Part shown: piece by piece, positions 55,620 to 64,000 of the stretch
How the letters are laid out: each line of letters starts with the position of its first letter
Position numbering within the stretch: the first letter of the stretch is position 1
Source: a virus
Taxonomy: Duplodnaviria > Caudoviricetes
Virus record (IMG/VR): IMGVR_UViG_2597489865_000010
Location: 1-64,000 of that record
Length of the DNA: 64,000 nucleotides
Reading direction: 5' to 3' (one strand)
Program-made: the position numbers and the translations under genes
The notes under the pieces: model-generated
Databases searched by the model: none
Seen by the model: only the letters and a program-made list of their open reading frames with translations
What the model was told of the DNA's origin: nothing

Positions 55620-56489
55620 ATGAAACCTATCCTGAAATGGGCGGGCGGCAAGTCTCGCCTGATGCCCCGCTTGCGCCCCTTCCTGCCGGCGGCTGACTGT
55701 CTGGTTGAACCTTTTGTCGGCGGTGCCTCGGTTTTCCTCGATACCGACTACCCTCGCTATGTACTGGCAGACATTAACCCCGACCTTATCAATTTCTACC
55801 AAACGGTCGTTGATAGCCCGGAAAGCGTCATACAGGCCGCACTACCGCTATTCAAGCACGCCAACACCTCTGTTGACTATTTTCGTTACCGCACCGATTT
55901 CGCCCAATGGCGGGCGACCAGGGGCCTCAACCGTGCCGCCGTGTTCCTTTACCTGAATCGCCATGGCTACAACGGCCTGTGCCGTTACAACCTGCGTGGC
56001 GAATTTAATGTCTCGTATGGCCGTTACAAAAAGCCCTATTTTCCCGCCGCAGAAATCCGCCTGTTCGCCGAAAAGGCCCGCGATACCCATACCCGGTTTG
56101 TCTGCCTGCCCTTTGAAGAAACGCTGGCGTTTCATGTAGATGAACGCTGCGCAGTTTATGCCGATCCACCTTATCTCGACTGCTTCACAGGGTATTACAT
56201 CGCGCCGTTTCAGGACGAAGAACATCAGGCGTTGACCGATGCCCTGACGGAGACCCACCTGCGCTGGGACGTCCCTGTGGTGCTCTCGGGCAGCAATACC
56301 CCCAAGACCCACGCCGCCTATCGGGGTTTTACGTTTCACTACACGCACACCCATTGCAGCAGCGCCGCCAAGGGGGCTAGCCGGGGTAAAGCCGGGGAAG
56401 TGATAGCCACATTGCCGGTGCGGCAGTCTCGCCCGTCGACCTCCGAAGCAGATGGTTTCCTTATGGATGAGTGGCTGGAGTTTGTCTGA
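55620..56489 (+). CDS. dam: Phage DNA adenine methylase (Dam-like)
   Basis: KWAGGK, EPFVGGASVF and DPPY motifs. Open frame, with a 5-aa in-frame deletion after DPPYL relative to copy 1. Confidence 0.88.
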   Translation: MKPILKWAGGKSRLMPRLRPFLPAADCLVEPFVGGASVFLDTDYPRYVLADINPDLINFYQTVVDSPESVIQAALPLFKHANTSVDYFRYRTDFAQWRATRGLNRAAVFLYLNRHGYNGLCRYNLRGEFNVSYGRYKKPYFPAAEIRLFAEKARDTHTRFVCLPFEETLAFHVDERCAVYADPPYLDCFTGYYIAPFQDEEHQALTDALTETHLRWDVPVVLSGSNTPKTHAAYRGFTFHYTHTHCSSAAKGASRGKAGEVIATLPVRQSRPSTSEADGFLMDEWLEFV

Positions 56490-57625
56490 TATGCCGCAGT
56501 CCAGCGTCGTCTACCCCTGGAACAATAAGCCTCTGCTGCCAATTGATCGGGGTATTCCAACCCATGAGGAGATGCGCCTTGCTGAACTTCGCCGCAAGGA
56601 CTATCTTCAGGCGAAAAAGCAGGTTGACGACCAGCTGGAAACGGTCAGTTCAAGCATTTACTGGCGCTTTGACCAGCGCGAGAAGCAAAAGGGCTTTGAC
56701 AGCGCCCGCCGCTGGTTAACTGAGTCCGTGGTTAAGGTGATGTTGTCGCGCATTGCGCGTGTAAACGCCGGTTACCGCCTGGATGAGATAGCCGACGACG
56801 ATTTCTGTGCGCTGTTTGGCGACCGCGCAACCCAATCCCCCCAGCATAATGGCGTGGTGGCCTTTTTGCGTCTGCGCACCCAGCGTCAGCGCCTGCCCGC
56901 CCTGGACAGCCAGGCGCTCAAGTCCCTGGCGAACGCCGCCGCCCATGTTGCCGCCACGGAAGTGGCCCACCTGACCCACGCGCAGGGCGATAAAAGCGAA
57001 TGGCGCATTGTCTATGACCACTATCACCACCTGGCCCGGATCACCGCCTGCTGGGCCTGCAACCGCCGCTCTGGAACAAGCTGGAAAAATGTTTTGTTCC
57101 CTTTTATGCCCAACCGGCCATCAGGCGGATGTGTGATGCGCGGTGGTGGCTGAACAGCCTGCGCCGGACCGCTAACCGCTGGCGTGAACATCTGGCTATC
57201 GCCATGGGGTATGTCCATAAGCACGCCTCCCCGAACGTCAGCACAACCGCCTTGCGTGACTGGCACGAACAGCGTTACCGTACCAACGAGTGGCGTAAAT
57301 GCATGGAGCTGGAAGACGAAGAGGGTAACCGTATCAGCCTGATGGATGGCTATGCCGCCAGCCAGGCCAATCCCGCCATCCGACGCACTGAGCTGATGGT
57401 ACGACTACGGGGGTATGAAGACATTGCCAACGCTCAGGGCTATGTTGGCGAATTTGTGACCATTACCGCGCCCTCAAGCCATCACGCCACGCTAGAAAAT
57501 GGGCGCGTTAACCGTAAATGGAACGGGGCCAGCCCGGCAGATACCCAGCGCTATCTCAATGGCGTCTGGGCCTGCGCCCGCGCCAAATGCCATCGCCAGA
57601 AGCTGCGCTTTTTCGGACTGCGTGT

Positions 57626-58680
57626 GGCTTTGTTGAATAAATCGAACTTTTAGGTGACTGGCGGCTCTGATCACTACATTCGTTTCAACATCAGGTCCCC
57701 ATGGCAAAGCAAAAGTTTAAAATCACCAACTGGCCCGCATATAACAATGCGCTCAGGCAGCGGGGGGACCTGACAGTATGGCTTGATGAGTCAGCCATTG
57801 CTGCATGGACTGAGAGTACACCACCTGAACATCGTGGCCGGCCGCTTCACTACACCGATATGGCCATTACCACGGTTCTGATGATAAAGCGCGTGTTTAA
57901 CCTTTCGCTCCGGGCGTTACAGGGTTTCGTTGACTCGATTTTTAAACTGATGGGGCTGTCGCTGCGCTGCCCAGATTACTCTCTGGTCAGCCGGCGAGCA
58001 AAAACCGTCGACATCAGCATAAAAACGCCAACCCGCGGCGAAATCTCACACCTGGTCATCGATGGCACCGGCCTGAAAATCTTCGGCGAAGGCGAATGGA
58101 AAGTCAGGCAGCATGGGGCTGAGAGGCGCAGAGTATGGCGCAAGCTTCATCTGGCAGTAGATAGCGCGACACATGAAATTATCTGTGCCGATTTATCGCT
58201 AAGCGGTACGACAGATGCGCAGGCGCTGCCCGGGCTGATTAACCAAACCCACCGGAAAATCAGGGAAGCGTCGGCTGACAGTGCTTACGATACGCGTTAC
58301 TGTCATGATGCTCTGCTGAGGAAAAAAATAAAGCCGCTTATCCCACCGCGAAGTGGTGCGCAATATTGGCCAGCTCGATACCATGAGCGTAACCATGCGG
58401 TGGCAAATCAGCATCTGAGCGGCAATAACGATACCTGGAAAAAGAAAGTAGGTTATCACCGGCGTTCACTGGCTGAAACGGCCATGTTCCGGTTTAAAAT
58501 ACTTCTGGGTGGTCATCTGAGTCTGCATGACTATGACGCGCAGGTAGGTGAGGCTATGGCAATGGTCAAAGCGCTTAACCGGATCACGTTGTTAGGAATG
58601 CCAAACAGCGTCCGCATCATGTAACAATCGCCCTGATAGGGAGGAAGTCGTCACAAATTTCGGATTTATTCAACAAAGCG
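57626..58680 (+). mobile_element. IS903-group element with intact transposase at 57701-58624
   Basis: Both IRs present; target duplication ACTGCGTGT. Confidence 0.97.
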
Positions 58681-59374
58681 ACTGCGTGTTGCCGAGCCGC
58701 ATCATGACGGTACGCCGCACAGCCATTTACTGATATTTGCCCGCCCGGAAGACATGCCCCGCATCCTGGAAATCCTACGCGACTATGCCATGGCGGCAGA
58801 CTGTGAGGAATTACGCAGCGCCGTCGCGGCAAGCGCCCGGTTTGACGCCAAAGCCATTGACCCGGAAAAAGGCAGCGCCACCGGGTATGTTGCCAAATAC
58901 ATCTCGAAAAACATCGACGTCTATGCCCTGGACGGTGAAACCGACGACGAAAGCGGCAGGCCGATAAAGGAAAGCGCGCAACGCGCCACCGCCTGGGCTT
59001 CACGCTGGGGCATTCGTCAATTTCAGTTTATTGGCTGCACCCCCGTCACCGTCTGGAGGGAGCTGCGCCGCCTGAATGACAGCGAAACCGCGCACGGCCT
59101 GAGTGTGGAATTTGCCGCCTGCCACGATACAGCCAACGCCCCCGACTGGGCCGGGTACGTCAATGCCCAGGGTGGGCCACTGGTCAAGCGTGATGATCTG
59201 GCGGTGCGCACCTGGTACCAGCCCGCCGAGGTACTCAATCAGTACGGCGAGGAGATGCTCAGTATCCGCGGCCTGTTCGATACGGTCGTTGGCGGGGACT
59301 CGCCGATCCTGACCCGGTTGAAGCAGTGGAAGATTGTGCCGAAGTTAGCCGTTGACGTGAGCAACGCGGACGCG

Positions 59375-59392
59375 TTGCCTCGGAGTTCTGTC
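59375..59392 (+). other. P2-type replication origin of prophage 2
   Basis: TTGCCTCG^GAGTTCTGTC. Confidence 0.75.
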
Positions 59393-59778
59393 GATAACTG
59401 TACGGGGGATCCAGGACCGCTAACCTCAGATTGGCGCACAACGCCACCCTTACCGCCCCCCGAGGCGGCCTTAAATACCCGCATTAAGAAAATTTATCGC
59501 CATGCAGCAGAAAAAGGCCTGGTTCTGAGTCCTGGGGACGCCCGATCTTTGGCTGAAGGTAAGGTGATGAAAATTGACGGTCAGCGTTATTGCGCCCTGG
59601 CAACCGGCGTATTGCTTTCTCGTGCGCCCAGCGCTGCTGAAAAAGCCAAAGCATTGATGCAGAGCGTCGCGCAGCTATGCAAACGGAAGGTGACATCAGG
59701 TTTGTATAATCCCGCCGGCTAACATGACCGCCGGGCGACCTGATGAAAATATATGCAAATAAAACAGATGGATAAACA

Positions 59779-60123
59779 ATGAATATTCAAGATACTGACA
59801 TGCAAACAAAGGTGATATACATTGCCGGTCCCATGACCGGAAAACCCGATTTCAACCGGACAGCTTTTTCCCTGGCCTATGTTCGGCTATCCGCTCAGGG
59901 CGCTATTCCACTCAATCCCGCCATGCTACCGGAGGGTCTTTCCGAGGCTGACTACATGCGCATCTGCCTGGCCATGTTGCAATGCGCCGACGGAATTTAC
60001 CTGCTGGACGGCTGGCAGGACAGCGCGGGCGCCTGTGCTGAAGCGGCACTGGCTAAAAAGCTGGGCCTGGTCTTCCTCTTTCAGGCAACGCAGGCGGCCA
60101 TGAAGGGGCGACCTGATGCCTGA
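59779..60123 (+). CDS. DUF4406 family protein
   Basis: IYIAGPMTG..FNR.AF...CDxIYLL.GW..S.GA..E pattern. Confidence 0.85.
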   Translation: MNIQDTDMQTKVIYIAGPMTGKPDFNRTAFSLAYVRLSAQGAIPLNPAMLPEGLSEADYMRICLAMLQCADGIYLLDGWQDSAGACAEAALAKKLGLVFLFQATQAAMKGRPDA

Positions 60124-60328
60124 CATTATCGATATTGCCAGCGAGCGGGAGGAGTTGTTCCGTGAGCGCGCGATTGCTGAAGCTCGGCGGCGTTATCGTC
60201 CGATGCCGATCACGGGCCGCTGCTACCATTGTGAAGAGAAAACGCCTGGCAATTTTTGCTGCTCGGAATGCCGGGATGATTGGGGGAAACGCCAGTATGC
60301 CGAGCGTCAGCGCGTTCGCGGCGCATAA
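60116..60328 (+). CDS. TraR/DksA-like C4 zinc-finger phage protein
   Basis: MPDIIDIASERE...CYHCEE...FCCSECRDD. Confidence 0.75.
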   Translation: MPDIIDIASEREELFRERAIAEARRRYRPMPITGRCYHCEEKTPGNFCCSECRDDWGKRQYAERQRVRGA

Positions 60329-60400
60329 AAAAGCTGACCAGATAGTCAGCATCATAGGCAAATGTTTAATTTGACCTGGCGTTGGAGGGATGAGTTATGC

Positions 60401-60752
60401 TCATCCCTGTAACGTTTTTTTAAGCCCCCGTACCTGTTCAGGGCTAAGCTCCTCAAGTTTTCTGGCAAAAAACAGAAAGACTTCTTTGGTCTGCTCATTC
60501 ACCCTCATGAGATTAATTTTTATTGATGGTTGAGAAAGGTCTGCTAATTTTTTTAATTCCTCCAGCGCCTCACCCTTAATTTTAAAATGGTTGGCAATAC
60601 CTTCAATGAAAGGGGGTGGGGGCTGCGCGCTTACCCAGTTCGATCGCGGATACATAGGCAGCGCTTATGCCCAGACAATCGGCCATGTCCCTAAGCGTCA
60701 TGTCGTGATCTATTCTTAGTTTTCTAAGATATTTTCCCAGATTGCTCACCAT
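60401..60752 (-). pseudogene. XRE-family HTH regulator, +1 frameshift
   Basis: MVSNLGKYLRKLRIDHDMTLRDMADCLGISAAYVSAIELGKR, then a frameshift in the C runs near 60615-60623. Confidence 0.8.
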
Positions 60753-60900
60753 GCTCTCTTCTCTCTATATTCATCCGGTATACAGAGAAGCATGGTACAA
60801 AAAATCAACAAACATGGCTATTTTTATGCATAAAAATCAAGCGTATTTTCCGTGATAAATGTCGATGGCTGTTGCTTTCGGATGCCGCTATACTGCATCC

Positions 60901-61817
60901 ATGACAAAAATACCTTCACATCACGACGCACTGTTCAAAAAATTCCTTGGTAATATCGAGGTTGCCCGCGACTTTCTCGCTATCCATCTGCCGCCCCATC
61001 TTCGGGAGCGTTGCGATTTTGCTACCCTTGCAATGGAGTCCGGTTCGTTTATCGAAGATGACCTGCGCGCACAGTGTTCCGATATGCTCTACTCCGTGCA
61101 GACCCCTGTGGGGAAAGGGTATCTCTACCTGCTACTTGAGCACCAGAGCCGACCAGAGAAACTCATGGCCTTCAGGCTGCTAAAGTACGCCGTCGCCACC
61201 ATGCAGCGGCATCTGGAGCAGGGCAACGACACCTTGCCGGTCGTCATTCCTTTGCTCTTTTACCATGGCCGCACCTCACCTTACCCTTACACAACCCGCT
61301 GGCTGGATTGCTTTGCCGATCCTGAGCTGGCAGAATCAGTCTACAGGCAAGCTTTCCCGCTGGTTGATATTACCGCCATGCCGGATAATGCGATCTTAAC
61401 CCACCAACGTGTCGCTTTGCTGGAGCTTGTCATGAAGCATATTCGCACAAGGGATATGCTGGAGTTGGCCGAAGAGATTGCACGATTGCTGAATCAGTGG
61501 ACGCTGCCGCAAGAGCAGTTTCGTAGTCTGATGTACTATCATTGTCGGTCGAGGCGAAACATCAGATACCAGGCAGTTTTTGCATACCATAGCAGCACAG
61601 ACACAGGATTATCAGGTGGATGTTATGATGATTGCGGAACAGTTACGGCAGGAAGGCATCAATAAGGGCATCTAGCTTGGCGAGCGGAAAGGCCGGCAGG
61701 AAACCCGTATCCAGATCGCTCGCCAGCTTATCGCCAATTGGCGTCGATCGTGCCATCGTCAGGATCTCCACAGGATTGACTGATAACGAGCTGGATAATC
61801 TGCCCAACCTACAATAA
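60901..61817 (+). pseudogene. Rpn (YhgA-like) nuclease, frameshifted in the 3' part
   Basis: HDALFKKFL, SDMLYSV and LLEHQS motifs; frameshifts near 61540 and 61670. Confidence 0.9.
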
Positions 61818-61818
61818 T

Positions 61819-62258
61819 TCAACAAACTGTTAATGCTTCCTGATTTTCATCGATCTGTGCATGGAGCTTATTGCATTCATTATTCGCATTTTTGTTCCGT
61901 TGATCTAACCAATCAAGCACAGGGTGAATGGCAAGATGGCTGGTGAAACCGCAGTTTTTGCAGATAAGGCGATATTGGTAGTCAAGCACAGGATCGTGAG
62001 GTGCGCCGTTGGCATTAATAGTGATGTAATCCACATAGATAGGTAGGTGGCCGTCTATCGGTAGTTCCTAACCCTCACCCTCAGCGTTGCCTTGCCAGAC
62101 CTGCGGTATGCTCATCTCTGAACCATGACAGATTGGGCAACGTAACTCAGAAATGCCTCTTTCGGATAAAAACAAGCAAACAGGTCAGGCGAAATTTTTT
62201 CCAGTCTTGAGCGCGTTGAGGGTTGCCCGCCTTCGCCCTGATGCATATTGGTTGGCAT
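61819..62258 (-). pseudogene. CxxC...CxxC phage cargo protein (homolog of 48875-49356)
   Basis: LEKISPDLFACF | fs | SERGISELRCPICHGSEMSIPQ...TAG...YVDYITI...YQYRLICKNCGFTSHLAIHPVLDWL; GAGG RBS. Confidence 0.65.
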
Positions 62259-62480
62259 TGAATACCTCGTAAAAATACAAAACGTGCGGCTCACTTTATA
62301 GCGTTTGGCGTTCGCCTGGCAATAGCGATACTTCTGGCGTCGCGTCCAATTGTTTGGGCTGCACAAAAGTGCACAATTTTGCACGATTTTTTCACTGCGA
62401 TTTTTCCCCTTTCCGCCCAGTGCGGGCGCGGGCTGGGCCGGGATCGGCCTCTGCACAAAAAACGAAGCGAATGTCGCGCG

Positions 62481-62500
62481 CAGGTGACGGGGAGACAGCC
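62481..62500 (+). other. Putative cos site of prophage 2
   Basis: CAGGTGACGGGGAGACAGCC resembles the P2/186 cos. It lies in non-coding DNA downstream of the portal, near repeated TGCACAA motifs (62360-62460). Confidence 0.35.
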
Positions 62501-62725
62501 CGCAAAACGGGGTGCCAAAGGTAATGCGTGGACGCGCCATTATTCGCCGTCTGGCGGTTCTCTGTGCGTCTATGGGGCTGGGCTGGGAGGGTAAAAGGAG
62601 GGTGTCGCGTTGCGCCCGTCAGAATGGCGCTCAGGCGGTGATAGCGGGGTGTGATGCGCGGGTCGTCAGTGACGGGGGAATGCTCTGTGGCAGGCCGCGC
62701 CGGGCAGCGCGGCAGGGGGAATGGG

Positions 62726-63769
62726 TTAGTCGTCTTTAAGCAGGACGTAGGGTGTGAAGCGGATCACCTCCTGCCCAAGCCAGTCATTGATGTGTTTCAG
62801 TGCTGCCATGACCGACATCAGTTCATTAATGGCAAAAACGCGCGCCGCTTTCTCGACATCGCCAAACGAACCTTTCTCGCCGGGCATGGCCCCATCAACT
62901 GCGGCGGTACGCGGTGCGCGGCAAGGATATCGTCACGCGACACCGACTTGACGTTCAGGAATTCATCCTTGGCAGTGATCTGCTGGAACGGCAGGATTTG
63001 CACGCCGTCCTTGCCGCCGCCGGGGGAATGTATCAGCAGGTTTTTGAATGCGCCCTTTCCCCGTGAATCCGCCAGCGTTTTTTTCACGACCTCCATACTT
63101 TCAAGGTCAACCTGGGTGGCACCCACGTAGATAATGCACCCGGCATGAGAGCCGTTGTCGTAATAGAGCTTGCGAAACATATCCGCCGAGTGGGACAGGC
63201 TGGCGGAGAGTAACGCCCCCAGGTATTCCGGCATGCCGTAAATCTTCTGGTTGATATCGGGATTCAGCACATGGCAAATGCTGCCCGTTCTGAAAGGGTG
63301 CTCGTCCTGCCATTGCCGAACGAGCCAGTAGGTGTCCAGATCGTTACCGCGCCGGACATAGCGGGCGGGGGCATGCCGTAACGTCAGGGGGCTGCCAAGT
63401 TGATTGCATCGCAGTTCAAGGTAGGCATTCCCGAAAACGAACCAGTCCAGCGCCAGTGCGGAGAAGGTTTGGCGGGACAGTAAAGGGTTGGGGAATAAAG
63501 CAACCCGTCAGCACGTTACGTTTGAAGTACAGCGCCGACTGATGCCATGATGTCTGCCGGGATGCCTTCGCCAGTCCGCCCCAGTCAATGGGCGTCTCGT
63601 AATACCGGCCATTGTTCGCGCAAGCCGTGTTATCCAGCAGATCGTAATCTTCCGCCAGATAAGGGCCGTCAAAACTAAAAGCGCTCAATGCGGGATCCCT
63701 TTTTAGCGCGCCGGCGAGATCAGGATGTCTGACTGTGGTCGGCAAATTTTTTTTTCTGTTTTTCTTCAT
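62726..63769 (-). pseudogene. PBSX-family (P2 gpQ-like) portal protein, frameshifted
   Basis: YGMPEYL, GKGAFKNL and KDEFLNVK..SRDDILAAHRVPPQLMG motifs; frameshifts near 63485 and 62890. Confidence 0.9.
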
Positions 63770-64000
63770 CAGAACTCCATGGCGAATCCACCGCCGTCGT
63801 CTCGTTCCTGGCCCAGCGGTTCGTTAATAATAGCTAGCATGGTGGCCCAGGCCAGATCGCCATGGCTCACGCCGCGGGCGCGATCGATGTCATAGGTGAT
63901 AAACCCGCCCGGCGTTTTTACCTTGCGCACGGCATTAAAGGCGTTAATCAGGGCGCGCTCACTGCGATCATATTCCCAGCGCCCGGCGCGTATAATCTGC
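63769..64000 (-). CDS. P2 gpP-like terminase ATPase, C-terminal end (runs off window)
   Basis: ...ITYDIDRARGVSHGDLAWATMLAIINEPLG...MEF*. Confidence 0.85.
   Translation of the reverse strand, partial: QIIRAGRWEYDRSERALINAFNAVRKVKTPGGFITYDIDRARGVSHGDLAWATMLAIINEPLGQERDDGGGFAMEF

Larger units (their letters stand above)
56491..59722 (+). pseudogene. P2 gpA-like replication endonuclease (copy 2), frameshifted and IS-interrupted
   Basis: Frameshift near 57045; IS903 at 57626; GYVAKYISKNID. Confidence 0.92.

Noticed and set aside
62112-62739. Several ORFs between the CxxC gene and the portal
   Set aside because: They have no motifs or RBS. This is the GC-rich non-coding cos region.
1-64000. tRNA, rRNA, retron, DGR or group II intron
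   Set aside because: No cloverleaf or rRNA signatures, reverse transcriptase motif or template/variable repeat pair were seen by eye. Not checked computationally.

Overview
The window is an IS-riddled, pseudogene-rich stretch of an enterobacterial chromosome. The IS903/IS256/IS21 expansion and the pattern of gene decay suggest a recently host-restricted Sodalis-like insect symbiont such as the Sitophilus symbiont SOPE; this is inference, not a database result. About 17 whole or partial IS copies join pieces of several origins. Two P2-like prophages (1-9912 and 54463-64000) have near-identical replication modules but different packaging modules and cargo. There is a lambdoid early-left segment (23054-27952) and a Mu-like transposable phage in three pieces (an end at 21416, ner-A-B at 30072-33160, exo-gemA-mor-amidase at 43468-45302). 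An intact ANR-LRR-PAS/LuxR-ProQ-Rpn cassette lies at 35094-38303, and a P2-like integrase/att segment sits beside hinT. Two host blocks remain: kbp'-yjbE-like-yciY-clsA-yciU with a fully decayed oppABCDF, and hinT-ycfL-lpoB-thiK'. The best candidates for undescribed systems are: (i) a 20-aa leucine-rich-repeat protein translationally coupled to a LuxR-type regulator, present twice in different contexts; (ii) a CxxC...CxxC protein family found twice in P2 cargo slots, once coupled to a poly-Gly/coiled-coil/TM protein; (iii) Fic and XRE-Rpn cargo in the P2 gpA-portal hotspot. No rRNA, tRNA or CRISPR array was seen.
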